In this document: positions 27,157 through 36,512 of the stretch, one piece after another | Layout: every line of letters starts with the position of its first letter | How positions within the stretch are numbered: the stretch's first letter is position 1 | Source of the DNA: Mogibacterium sp. | GTDB lineage: Bacteria > Bacillota > Clostridia > Peptostreptococcales > Anaerovoracaceae | Direction: 5' to 3' | NCBI GenBank assembly: GCA_017505405.1 | Contig: JAFVPI010000060.1 | Coordinates: 9,573-73,572, forward strand | DNA: 64,000 nt | Position numbers and translations under genes: made by a program | Notes under the pieces: model-generated | What the model saw: the letters and a program-made list of their open reading frames with translations, nothing else | Told to the model about the DNA's origin: nothing | Database searches by the model: none

Positions 27157-28467
27157 ATGGCAAAATATGATTGGAGCAAATTCGGTCTGCATATTCCTGA
27201 GATCATGCTTCCTAAGGAAGGCACGGACTATTTCAAATGGGCTGTTGTAGCATGTGACCAGTTCACATCCGAGCCTGAGTACTGGGATAAAGTCGAAGAG
27301 ATCGTAGGCGATGCACCTTCCACACTCAGACTGATGCTTCCTGAGCTTTACCTTGACAAACCGGGTGAGGCAGAGAGAATCAAAGACATCCGCGCAGCAA
27401 TGGATAAGTATCTCGAGGACGGCACACTCAGAAAGATGGCACCTGGATGCATGCTTATCAAGAGAACAGCTGAGGGACGTTCCCGCCTTGGACTTGTTAT
27501 CGCAACAGACCTCGAGGCCTATGATTTCAGCAAGGGATCAAGCTCGCTCACAAGAGCGACAGAAGGTACAGTAGTAGAGCGTATACCGCCTCGCCTGAGG
27601 ATCAGAGGAGACGCTCCTATCGAGATGCCTCACATCCTTATCCTTATCGATGATCCTGATAAGTCGGTTATTGAGCCTCTCGTTGATGCTCCGAAGGAGG
27701 TCATCTACGACACTGATCTCATGATGGACGGCGGACATATCACAGGCTGTTTCATCGAAGAGAAGAATCTTGAAGGCGCAAAGGAAGCTCTTTCGGCACT
27801 TTACGACAAGGCTGAAGAGAAGTACGGAGCTGGTCATGTCATCTTCCAGGCCATGGGCGACGGCAACCACTCTCTTGCTACAGCAAAGACCGCATGGGAA
27901 AACATCAAAAAGACTCTTTCACCTGAAGAGATCGAAGTACATCCTGCAAGATACGCACTCTGCGAGATCGAGAACATCCATGATGACGGCATAGTATTTG
28001 AGCCTATCCACAGAGTTATCTTCGCTAACCAGGGTCAGTCCGGCATGGATCTCGTAAACAAGCTCGTTGACCACCTTGGTAAGCTCAACGGCAAGGCATA
28101 TCTTGCTGATGCTGATGCTGCCGCACCTGAGGGCGCATTTGAGATCCCTTATATCACAGGTGCTCAGAGAGGAAAGATCATCATCGAGGAGCCTGAAAAC
28201 AAGCTCGAGGTTGGCGCTCTGCAGGCTGCTCTTGATATTATGGTCAAGGAAGAAAAAGTCTGTGATATCGACTATATTCACGGCACAGCAGCTGTTGAGA
28301 AGCTGTCAGTAAGAGATGGCAACGCAGGATTCATGCTTCCGCCGATGGATAAGTTCATGCTCTTCCCTGCAGTAGCTGCAGACGGCGCGCTTCCGAGAAA
28401 GACATTCTCGATGGGCGAAGCAAACGAGAAGAGATATTATATCGAGTCCCGTTATATCGCCAAGTAG
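27157..28467 (+). CDS. DUF1015-like conserved protein of unknown function
   Basis: Pattern AVVACDQFTSEPEYW, GDGNHSLATAK, FEPIHRVIF; 436 aa. Confidence 0.6.
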   Translation: MAKYDWSKFGLHIPEIMLPKEGTDYFKWAVVACDQFTSEPEYWDKVEEIVGDAPSTLRLMLPELYLDKPGEAERIKDIRAAMDKYLEDGTLRKMAPGCMLIKRTAEGRSRLGLVIATDLEAYDFSKGSSSLTRATEGTVVERIPPRLRIRGDAPIEMPHILILIDDPDKSVIEPLVDAPKEVIYDTDLMMDGGHITGCFIEEKNLEGAKEALSALYDKAEEKYGAGHVIFQAMGDGNHSLATAKTAWENIKKTLSPEEIEVHPARYALCEIENIHDDGIVFEPIHRVIFANQGQSGMDLVNKLVDHLGKLNGKAYLADADAAAPEGAFEIPYITGAQRGKIIIEEPENKLEVGALQAALDIMVKEEKVCDIDYIHGTAAVEKLSVRDGNAGFMLPPMDKFMLFPAVAADGALPRKTFSMGEANEKRYYIESRYIAK

Positions 28468-28497
28468 GATCGATCCATACAGAATAATTACAAACAC

Positions 28498-28527
28498 AAA
28501 GGGCGGCCTGATGACCGCCCTTTTGTT
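28498..28527. terminator. Hairpin terminator shared by convergent genes
   Basis: AAAGGGCGG-CCUGAUGA-CCGCCCUUU followed by UGUU. Confidence 0.7.
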
Positions 28528-28556
28528 ATGCATCCGCATTTGGCTATGACACATGA

Positions 28557-29498
28557 TCATTTTACGACCTTGAATTGTTTGCTTATCAGGGTAAGTTTCT
28601 GAGCTGTGTCTGTGGCTATCACCTGATATGTATATGTACCCTTTTTCAGCTTGCCGAATCTGATCTTTGCATCCAGTTTTTTCAGATTGAATGATTTAGA
28701 GTTCGGCTTTTTGTAAGCAGACATGATTTTGTTTCCGCTGTCATCGGTGATTTTTACCGTTACCTTCTTTATCTTTTTATTTGATTTTATTACCCCTCTG
28801 ATCGGAAACGACTTTCCCTGTTTTATCTTTTCAGGCGCCTTTACCGACTTGATATTAAGAGTGCTTACAGCTGTTCCCGCCTGTGCATTGCTTGGCTTTG
28901 TTCTGGAAGAGACGCTTACCTGACTTATATACCAGTACTTCGTAACCTTTGCCGGCCTCAGCATCGTTGTATCTTCCCACTTTTGTATCCCCTTGTTGTT
29001 CAGGCCGGTGTTGCGGGATGAATCGGCAGCATAAAGCACTCCGTTCTTTGCTTTGACCACAAGTACGCCGTGAGTGCCCGAGCTTGCAGCTTTGATACCG
29101 TGCACCACTATCCCTTCCGGATGCATCTTCAGAAGGCCTTCTATTTCCTTTATCCTCGCTGCATCATTCTTTCCGGTAAACTCACCGCTGTCGATCACGA
29201 ATACCAGTCCTTCCGCATCGAATCTGAACGAATTCAGGAGCAGGCCGAATATAGTAGCCGGACCCCTGAGTTTTTTGTTTGTTATCTTGCTCCAGTCCCC
29301 TGTCTTCCGCAGGATCATCCCTCTTCTTATCATCATTTTGGTCGCTGTCAGAATACAGTCTCCGCTCTTATAGTCTGAAGCCGGTGTATAGTAAACAGCC
29401 TTGTCTTCCACAGGAGCAGATGCTGCCAGCACAGGTGCCGGCATGGCAGTGATGACAAGCGCAAGTGTAATAAGTAATGCTGCTATTCTTTTCTTCAT
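28557..29498 (-). CDS. Secreted protein with a putative papain-like (C39-like) Cys/His domain plus a Lys-rich beta-sandwich-like C-terminal domain
   Basis: Signal peptide MKKRIAALLITLALVITAMPAPVLA. Candidate triad contexts SGDCILTATKMM, SGTHGVLVVK, YAADSS. ATG at 29498 is preceded by GGAGGA. Confidence 0.5.
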   Translation of the reverse strand: MKKRIAALLITLALVITAMPAPVLAASAPVEDKAVYYTPASDYKSGDCILTATKMMIRRGMILRKTGDWSKITNKKLRGPATIFGLLLNSFRFDAEGLVFVIDSGEFTGKNDAARIKEIEGLLKMHPEGIVVHGIKAASSGTHGVLVVKAKNGVLYAADSSRNTGLNNKGIQKWEDTTMLRPAKVTKYWYISQVSVSSRTKPSNAQAGTAVSTLNIKSVKAPEKIKQGKSFPIRGVIKSNKKIKKVTVKITDDSGNKIMSAYKKPNSKSFNLKKLDAKIRFGKLKKGTYTYQVIATDTAQKLTLISKQFKVVK

Positions 29499-29589
29499 GG
29501 ACTGATTCCTCCGCATTTTTCCGCATTATATAGAATATTCAAGACAAAACTGCGCGTAAACCGACCTAAACAAAATGTTATGCGCATTC

Positions 29590-30300
29590 TTAGCGTGAGA
29601 TGACGCTCACGGAGCAGCTCATCCGGGGCGCGCTGAACGATCCGGACACCTGTTGTGCACATTCCTGCAAATTGAGCTGGCAGGCACGGACCAGTTCGCT
29701 GCTGCCTGGCGTGACTTCGCTTATGTACCAGTAATCAGTAACCATACTCGGATCCAGCATCGTTGTGTCTTTCCACTTCTGGATCCCTTCTTTGAACGGT
29801 CCCATGTTGTATGATGAATCCATGGCATAAACTTCTCCGTTTTCTGCTTTTACCACGAGCACTCCATGTGTGCCCGTACTGGCAGCATCGATCCCCCACA
29901 CAACGATCCCCTCAGGATGGCCTCTCAGCAGTTTTTCGAATTCATCTATCCTTGCGCGTTTTCCCTTTCCTTTGAAAGAGCCGCAGGAAATATTGTACGT
30001 TATACCTCCCGCATCATAACTGAAGCTGTACAGGAGCAGCCCGTCCATCGTCGCCTCCGGCCGCAGCGATTTATTCGTGATCTCTTCCCATCCGGTTCTG
30101 TTATGTATTATAGCCGCCCTCTTTATCATCATTCTGGTTGCCGTCAGAACGCAGTCCCCATCCATGTAGTCGGATTCGTCCGTATAATACACGGCTTTGC
30201 TTTCAAGCAGATCCGCGGCATATGCTGCAGGTGCAGCAAAAGGCATCAGCATAACAAGCGCCAGGATCGCCATTATCACAGTTGTTATCCTCTTTTCCAT
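29590..30300 (-). CDS. Secreted paralog of the 28557-29498 protein (same Cys/His domain, no C-terminal domain)
   Basis: Signal peptide. DGDCVLTATRMM, TGTHGVLVVK and YAMDSS align with the neighbour over about 170 aa. Confidence 0.5.
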   Translation of the reverse strand: MEKRITTVIMAILALVMLMPFAAPAAYAADLLESKAVYYTDESDYMDGDCVLTATRMMIKRAAIIHNRTGWEEITNKSLRPEATMDGLLLYSFSYDAGGITYNISCGSFKGKGKRARIDEFEKLLRGHPEGIVVWGIDAASTGTHGVLVVKAENGEVYAMDSSYNMGPFKEGIQKWKDTTMLDPSMVTDYWYISEVTPGSSELVRACQLNLQECAQQVSGSFSAPRMSCSVSVISR

Positions 30301-30513
30301 GGTTTTGTCCCCCATTTTCAAAGCAAACATTTCCCCACTGTGCCACAGAATAATCCGGCCGTCTCTTTTCGTAAATAAATCTAAATGCTTGTTATGGCCA
30401 TTCTTAATATATTGAAATAATAAAGAAACGCCATATTATCAGCGGCGTTTTAAGCAAAAGAAAAAGCTTTCAGCTATATTGTTTTCTGCAATCAGGTCAT
30501 CGAGGGATTCTCT

Positions 30514-30546
30514 GTAAAAAAATGATGCAGGCTTTCAGCCTGCATC
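30514..30546 (-). terminator. Rho-independent terminator after putP
   Basis: Minus strand reads GAUGCAGGC-UGAAA-GCCUGCAUC followed by AUUUUUUU. Confidence 0.75.
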
Positions 30547-30576
30547 GTTAAGTGCTTTGATTTGGGTTTTTATCGG

Positions 30577-32091
30577 TTAGTCTGCAAGTGCATCTCTTTC
30601 TCTTGCCTTGTCAAATACTGCTCTCTCCTTGTCAAGTGTCGGTGTGACCTTTGCAACGATGAACGCTACGATTCCGCCTGCAATGAATCCAGGCAGGAGC
30701 TCATATACGCCTGTCGATGCAGAGAGACCGCCGAAGAGCCATCCGAGGTCTACTACGAAACCGGCGATGATACCGGCGATAGCTCCCTTGTAGTTGAACT
30801 CTCTCCAGAAGAGCGACAGAATGATGACCGGTCCGAATGAAGCACCGAATGCGCCCCATGCGTTCTCTACCAGGTTCATGATAGCCTGTGCTCCTGCTCC
30901 CTTTGATGATGCGATCAGGTAAGCAATGATAGCGATGATCACTACTACGATACGTCCGACCATTACAGCTTCTTTCTCGCTTACATCCTTCTTGAACTGA
31001 GCATACAGGTCAGCTGTGAACGAGCTGGATGCTACGAGCAGCTGAGAGTCTGCAGTCGATACCGAAGCAGCGATGATAGCCGCGAGCAGCAGTCCGGAAA
31101 GTGCCGGCGGGAAGAACTTTCTTGCCATTGTGATGAATACGATCTTCTGCATTCCGATAGGAAGAAGTTCATCAGCAACGAGCATTCTGCCCATGTAAGC
31201 TATGAGGCATGCACTTCCGAGTGAAACGATTACCCAGATAATAGCGATCGTTGAGGACTTCTTGATTTCCGAAGGCTTCTCGATCGACATGAATCTTACG
31301 ATGATATGCGGCATCCCGAAGTATCCGAGGCCCCATGCCATACCGGTCGCAATATCCTGCCAGCTCGCGCTGAAGATTCCGCTTCCGAAGTCGCATGTGA
31401 CTACTGCGCCGCTTGCGTCTGTGTACTCATAAACCTGGCTTAGGAGCGAGGTGTCGAGCTGCTGGTGTGTGATCCACACTGTGATAGGAACTGCCATGAG
31501 CGCGATCATCATCAGCATTCCCTGGAAGAAGTCCGTCCAGCATACAGCGGTGAATCCTCCGAAAATCGTATAGAATACGATCAGCAGTGCGAAGATCACC
31601 ATTGCGAGTGTTGTCGAGATTCCCGGGAACAGTGTGCCGAATACTGTTGTGCCTGCTACGAAAGCAGATGCTACGTAGATCGTGTAGGCAAACAGGAAAA
31701 TCAGTGCGCAGATTATCTGCAGCGTCTTTGTATCTGCATCAAATCTGTTTGCAAGGAACTGCGGGATAGTGATGGAGTCGTTTGCCTCTTCTGAGAATAC
31801 TCTCAGTCTTCTGGCGCAAAGGATCCAGTTGAGCGCAGTACCAAGTGCAAGCCCGATGCCGATCCATATCTGGCCGAATCCGAAGGCCAGAATCGAACCC
31901 GGAAGTCCCATCAGCAGCCAAGCTGACATGTCTGATGCCTGAGCAGAAAGCGCTGTTACCCAAGGGCCCATCGCACGTCCGCCGAGGAAGTAGTCTTCCT
32001 GGCTTCTCTGCTTGTCCTTGATGTAGAAGTAAATAACTACTCCCATAAGGGCCACAAAGTACAGAATAAAAGTTAACATTTCAGTACTCAT
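30577..32091 (-). CDS. putP: Sodium/proline symporter (SSS family)
   Basis: DYFLGGRAMGPWVTALSAQASDMSAWLLMGLPG. Start at MSTEML (32091), preceded by AAGGAG. Confidence 0.85.
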   Translation of the reverse strand: MSTEMLTFILYFVALMGVVIYFYIKDKQRSQEDYFLGGRAMGPWVTALSAQASDMSAWLLMGLPGSILAFGFGQIWIGIGLALGTALNWILCARRLRVFSEEANDSITIPQFLANRFDADTKTLQIICALIFLFAYTIYVASAFVAGTTVFGTLFPGISTTLAMVIFALLIVFYTIFGGFTAVCWTDFFQGMLMMIALMAVPITVWITHQQLDTSLLSQVYEYTDASGAVVTCDFGSGIFSASWQDIATGMAWGLGYFGMPHIIVRFMSIEKPSEIKKSSTIAIIWVIVSLGSACLIAYMGRMLVADELLPIGMQKIVFITMARKFFPPALSGLLLAAIIAASVSTADSQLLVASSSFTADLYAQFKKDVSEKEAVMVGRIVVVIIAIIAYLIASSKGAGAQAIMNLVENAWGAFGASFGPVIILSLFWREFNYKGAIAGIIAGFVVDLGWLFGGLSASTGVYELLPGFIAGGIVAFIVAKVTPTLDKERAVFDKARERDALAD

Positions 32092-32552
32092 ATAATACTC
32101 CTTTTCTACCGTCACCTCTTAGCTTAGTTCGAGTTTTTATTTTTTACGGCATTTTAGTCCGGTTTATCTTTATTGCTTCGAATTGTCGCAATAAGAATGG
32201 GGTTGGTGACGATAAACAATTATGTACATATTATTACGCGAATGTATCTTTAAGTCAATCTAAAATTGATATTAAGTTATCGTTTAAGACCATTAATTGT
32301 GAACTCAGTGCATTTGTGTCATTCTTGGATTTCGTTGGAATTTCAAGCTATTCGAGCTCTATGATTGAACTTATTAAGCCAAAAAGATTGTTAATCGTTT
32401 AACGATATTCAGCCTTTCAGGCTCTTGTTTGTTATTTATTTACCTTTTGAAATTAATAAATAATCATTTTTTGCTTTAATAATTCATAAAAGAGCTCTTA
32501 AGAGATTGTTACAGCTAAAAGGCTTCTTATCATAGCTGTCATCTTTTCTTCA

Positions 32553-32588
32553 CTATAAAACGGGTATGCACATGCATGCATACCCGTT
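32553..32588 (-). terminator. Rho-independent terminator after the YitT-family gene
   Basis: 12-bp stem AACGGGUAUGCA / UGCAUACCCGUU followed by UUAUAG. Confidence 0.7.
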
Positions 32589-32608
32589 AAGCTTGATTGA
32601 TTTTGTAT

Positions 32609-33508
32609 TTATGTGTTATCCGCTTCGTTTATATCGTGGAAGCGCTTGCCCCATACGTTCGTAAGGGACATAACAGTCGCGAATGCATCCGGATCTACCT
32701 CCGCAACGAATTTCTTGAGTTTTATGCTTTCCGCCGGAGTGCAGATGACAGAAAGCGTCCTTCTCTCCTCTTTCGTGTACTCTCCTCTCGATGCGTGTGT
32801 CGTCACCGCCCTGTTCAGATCTTTCAGTATATATTCCGTGATCTGCTCACGCTTAGCTTTTGTGCTCGTTATTATGTCGAACTGAACGAACCTGCCGCCG
32901 TATCCCACGGTTATTGCCGAGATGACCTTTGCGGCAACCACTGCAGTCACTATAGCGTACACAGCAATGTTTGTATCGAATACAAATGCTGATACGGTGA
33001 TTATGGCTATGTCCATAGCCATCTGTATGTCGCCGGTACGCAAGTGATTCAGGAATTTAAACTTGATGACTCTGGCAAGAGTATCTGTACCGCCTGAAGA
33101 GTATCCTCCTATGTATCCTACTCCGGTCGCAATACCATAGAAAAGGCCTATCAGAATGGCCGCCAGGAACGGATCCGGTGACCTTAGGAACTCGTAATCG
33201 ATATGCTCAAATATGAACAGCATGATCGGATAAGCGAATCCAAGCGCGATGATCCTTTTTACTTCCGCCTTCCCCATTGCAAAATACGCAACGATCAGCA
33301 CTACCATTGACAGCGTATAGTAAACGAGTGAATAGCTTACCGGCAGAAAATGTGTGATGAGCCTCGCGATGCCCGGCATTCCTCCTGATGTCATGCCGTT
33401 AGGGATCATTACGAATATCTGGACGGAAGAACCGAAAAACGCCGACGTCAGAACGATCAGCGTTTCTCTCATAAATTTCCCCATCTTTGTTTTGGGTGAT
33501 CTTAACAT
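32609..33508 (-). CDS. YitT-family membrane protein (DUF2179 C-terminal domain)
   Basis: Multi-pass N-terminal region with GGTD, and a soluble C-terminal domain; 299 aa. Confidence 0.75.
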   Translation of the reverse strand: MLRSPKTKMGKFMRETLIVLTSAFFGSSVQIFVMIPNGMTSGGMPGIARLITHFLPVSYSLVYYTLSMVVLIVAYFAMGKAEVKRIIALGFAYPIMLFIFEHIDYEFLRSPDPFLAAILIGLFYGIATGVGYIGGYSSGGTDTLARVIKFKFLNHLRTGDIQMAMDIAIITVSAFVFDTNIAVYAIVTAVVAAKVISAITVGYGGRFVQFDIITSTKAKREQITEYILKDLNRAVTTHASRGEYTKEERRTLSVICTPAESIKLKKFVAEVDPDAFATVMSLTNVWGKRFHDINEADNT

Positions 33509-33515
33509 TATTGCA

Positions 33516-34529
33516 CTATGCCTCCGGAAGCCAGTCTACCTGATCGCGGTAGCTGCCGAATGGTGTTACCGGAATGAATACCTGAAGATCGAATCCCAGT
33601 TCGCCGTATTTGTCGTATACAGGGAACATGGTGATGCATAATGACCAGCCGCCGTCAAAAGCAAGCTGCAGTGTATCTCTGGAAACTTCACCGTATTTGC
33701 CCGTTGCCATCCTGACATCAAGAAGTTCTGAAGGGAATCCCGTTTTAGGGGTTTTCAGGTTTCTGTTGTTAGGCATGCGTCCGAGATATCCGCGGGCATT
33801 AACGCATCCGATGCGCGTTACTTTTAATTCTTCAATAGGTTTGATGAAATAATAGTCCATCTTGCCGTAGAAATAGTCAAACATCTTCTGAGGTGCTTCC
33901 GGATGGAATTTGAATATGCGCGGGAACTCGCGTCCCATGGCCTTGAGCATCGGTGTGATCAGCTTTCCGTAAACGAAACTCTCATCCTTTACCAGCTCTC
34001 CCCAGTTTTCATTATCACGCGGAGCGATATTCAGAAGTATCTCATTCATATCATCGAAGTATTCGTTTGAACAAGGTATACCAAAGACGCGGTCACCGAA
34101 ATCATCGATCGCATTGTTCGAATTCATGATTCTGTCTTTATTCATATCGAGCTCGCGGTCTGCAACCGGAAGCGCTGACAGTATCCTTGCATCGTTCTTG
34201 ACGGATATGGCAAAACGCCAGTCAAGATCAGGACGTTCGAGCATGATCTCACCAAAAGAGTCTCTTTCAAGTCTTCTGTCGAGATAATTCATTCTTATGA
34301 CAAGCGGTTCACCGTCTGTTTCAAAAATAAAAGGTTCATGCGATACTATACGCTCCATTGCCGGTGCAGCCTGTCTGTATGCCAGATCTTTTTCTTCGTC
34401 AGTTTCTTCCCAAAGATGAAAGAAGTAACTGGATTCTTCATCATCCTTGATCACATATGGCACGTTCTCTCTTTCGAGGATAGTTTTGAATGCTTTGACA
34501 CATGCTTCGACAAGAATTTTATTTATCAT
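33516..34529 (-). CDS. Restriction-endonuclease-like protein (possible HaeIII-type fold). Orphan, with no adjacent methyltransferase.
   Basis: 337 aa. DLDWRFAISVKND resembles a PD-(D/E)xK-type core, and FGIPCSNEY and FDGGWS recall type II REase families from memory. The assignment is tentative. GC content is lower than in the neighbours. Confidence 0.35.
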   Translation of the reverse strand: MINKILVEACVKAFKTILERENVPYVIKDDEESSYFFHLWEETDEEKDLAYRQAAPAMERIVSHEPFIFETDGEPLVIRMNYLDRRLERDSFGEIMLERPDLDWRFAISVKNDARILSALPVADRELDMNKDRIMNSNNAIDDFGDRVFGIPCSNEYFDDMNEILLNIAPRDNENWGELVKDESFVYGKLITPMLKAMGREFPRIFKFHPEAPQKMFDYFYGKMDYYFIKPIEELKVTRIGCVNARGYLGRMPNNRNLKTPKTGFPSELLDVRMATGKYGEVSRDTLQLAFDGGWSLCITMFPVYDKYGELGFDLQVFIPVTPFGSYRDQVDWLPEA

Positions 34530-34758
34530 TTTGAGCTCCTCCTCCGGGAAATCTTTTTCGGTTTAGACGGCTTTCAGGGCCGAAAACATCCGTATATATT
34601 ATAGCCTATGCAAAGCAAAAAGAACATCTGATTTTAGCAAGATGCAGGCAGATATTGCACAGCTGTAAGGATCCTGAAGATGACCTTGAGATCGCTTGAA
34701 CACATCAGCAATCAATAGTAAAATTAAAAAAATCGGATTTGCAGGAAGGGGTAAGGCT

Positions 34759-35154
34759 GTGATTTCAACAAAAGGACGCTATGCTCTCCGGATAATGATA
34801 GATCTCGCTCAAAACGGAGAAAACGGGAATGTTGCACTGAAGGACATCGCCGCGAGACAGCAGATCTCTAAAAAATATCTGGAGATCATTGTCAGGGATC
34901 TTGTCAAAGGCGGCCTGCTTGAAGGCGTAAGCGGAAAAGGCGGAGGTTACAGGCTGTGCCGCAAACCGGAAGATTATAATGTTTTTGAGATTATTGAAGT
35001 GATGGAAGGCACACTCGCGCCTGTAGCCTGTCTTGAAGAAGATGCCAGTGCATGTCCTCTGGCTGCCGGATGTCACACCCTGCCTTTATGGAAGGAGTAC
35101 TATCAGCTTACCCGTGATTTCTTTTCTTCCAAAAGGCTGAGCGACCTTCTGTAA
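34759..35154 (+). CDS. Rrf2-family transcriptional regulator with a Cys cluster (IscR/CymR-like)
   Basis: (V)ISTKGRYALRIMIDLA N-terminus from a GTG at 34759 preceded by GGAAGGGG. Cys residues CLEEDASACPLAAGC. Confidence 0.8.
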   Translation: MISTKGRYALRIMIDLAQNGENGNVALKDIAARQQISKKYLEIIVRDLVKGGLLEGVSGKGGGYRLCRKPEDYNVFEIIEVMEGTLAPVACLEEDASACPLAAGCHTLPLWKEYYQLTRDFFSSKRLSDLL

Positions 35155-35170
35155 TTATAAAGCTGCCTGA

Positions 35171-35200
35171 TAAAAACGGATGTCCCGCAGGACACCCGTT
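35171..35200 (-). terminator. Second hairpin downstream of tRNA-Glu
   Basis: Minus strand reads AACGGGUGUCC-UGCG-GGACAUCCGUU followed by UUUAUC, with one mismatch. Confidence 0.45.
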
Positions 35201-35207
35201 AATTCAT

Positions 35208-35240
35208 AAAAAAAGAACGGCCTTCAGCCGTTCTTTTGTT
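35208..35240. terminator. Bidirectional terminator (Rrf2-family gene / tRNA-Glu)
   Basis: GAACGGC-CUUCA-GCCGUUC flanked by an A tract and a U tract. Confidence 0.7.
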
Positions 35241-35243
35241 TCG

Positions 35244-35318
35244 TGGTAGCGCATCAGGGAATCGAACCCTGGATTCCGCCGTGAGAGGGCGACGTCTTGA
35301 CCTCTTGACCAATGCGCC
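35244..35318 (-). tRNA. tRNA-Glu (anticodon CUC)
   Basis: Minus strand GGCGCATTGGTCAAGAGGTCAAGACGTCGCCCTCTCACGGCGGAATCCAGGGTTCGATTCCCTGATGCGCTACCA folds as a cloverleaf with anticodon loop CU-CUC-AC and an encoded CCA. Confidence 0.9.
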
Positions 35319-35340
35319 ACATTTTTCATGCGCAAGTAGT

Positions 35341-35369
35341 ATTATAAACAAAAGGCTCTGCATTGTCTA
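35341..35369 (-). promoter_or_regulatory. Candidate promoter of tRNA-Glu
   Basis: TAGACA, a 17-bp spacer, then TATAAT on the minus strand, about 20 nt upstream of the tRNA 5' end. Confidence 0.45.
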
Positions 35370-35427
35370 CTAAAATTTAGAAAAAAGTTATCAAGTTTTG
35401 TAATCTCCCGTGTGGTATCATTGATTT

Positions 35428-36456
35428 ATGGAAAAGAAAAAAATACTCATCATTCATACCGGCGGCACCATAGGCATGGTGCGCACCGAAAACGGCTATG
35501 CTCCTGAATCAGGAGCGCTTATTGAAGAGCTTAAACAGATCCGTGACCTAACTTCACCCGATATGCCGGAGTGGGATCTCATAGAGTTTGAGCCTCTCCT
35601 TGATTCGACCAATGTCAGATATGAACAATGGAACTCCATCGCGGAGGCGATCACTTTGTATTATGACAAATATGACGGATTTGTTGTGCTTCACGGGACT
35701 GACACTCTTGCTTACAGCGCATCTGCTCTGTCATTCATGCTTGAGGGACTGGACAAGCCTGTCGTCTTTACAGGAGCACAGATCCCTCTTTGTGAGCTCA
35801 GAAGCGACGGACGTGACAACCTTATCACTTCAATGATGATAGCGGCAGATGGCGTAATACGTGAAGTAAGCCTTTGTTTCGGAGATTCTGTACTGCGCGG
35901 AAACCGCGCTATCAAGTATTCAGCTGACGGCATGGTGGCTTTCACTTCGCCTAACTGCAATATCCTCGCTGACGCAGGGATCACGATAGAGTATGATCAT
36001 GCCTCAATCAACGAATATGTAAAGAACCCTTTACATAATAGCCCGCTCAATTTTGTCAGGCTGAAGGAAAGCAGGATCGCTGTCATCAAGATCTTTCCGG
36101 GAATACACTTTGATGTATTTGCACCTATTATGTGTGAGGCACTGGAAGGGCTTGTGCTTGAGACTTTCGGCAAAGGCAACATTCCTGATTACGACCCTGC
36201 CCTTTCACGCCTTATCTCCGAAGCCAGCAGATGCGGCACCATTGTCGTTGTATGCACCCAGTGCCCGGCAGGCACAGTAAGCCTGGGCACCTACAAGGCA
36301 GGCTCATCGCTGGTGGAAGCCGGCGCGGTCAGCGGCGGCAGCATGACTACGGAAGCAGCGATAACCAAGCTTACTTACCTTCTAAGCAAAGATCTGCCTA
36401 AGGACGAGATCCGCAGACTCATGCAGACCGATCTGAGAGGTGAACTCAATAAATAG
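35428..36456 (+). CDS. ansA: Type I L-asparaginase
   Basis: N-terminus ILIIHTGGTIGM and motif HGTDTLAYSA. Confidence 0.88.
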   Translation: MEKKKILIIHTGGTIGMVRTENGYAPESGALIEELKQIRDLTSPDMPEWDLIEFEPLLDSTNVRYEQWNSIAEAITLYYDKYDGFVVLHGTDTLAYSASALSFMLEGLDKPVVFTGAQIPLCELRSDGRDNLITSMMIAADGVIREVSLCFGDSVLRGNRAIKYSADGMVAFTSPNCNILADAGITIEYDHASINEYVKNPLHNSPLNFVRLKESRIAVIKIFPGIHFDVFAPIMCEALEGLVLETFGKGNIPDYDPALSRLISEASRCGTIVVVCTQCPAGTVSLGTYKAGSSLVEAGAVSGGSMTTEAAITKLTYLLSKDLPKDEIRRLMQTDLRGELNK

Positions 36457-36472
36457 AAAACCGCTGCAATAG

Positions 36473-36506
36473 AAAAGATTTCCGGCAAAACCGGAAATCT
36501 TTTTTG
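36473..36506. terminator. Bidirectional terminator (ansA/glpK)
   Basis: 13-bp stem AAAAGAUUUCCGG / CCGGAAAUCUUUU. Confidence 0.75.
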
Positions 36507-36512
36507 CTGCTT

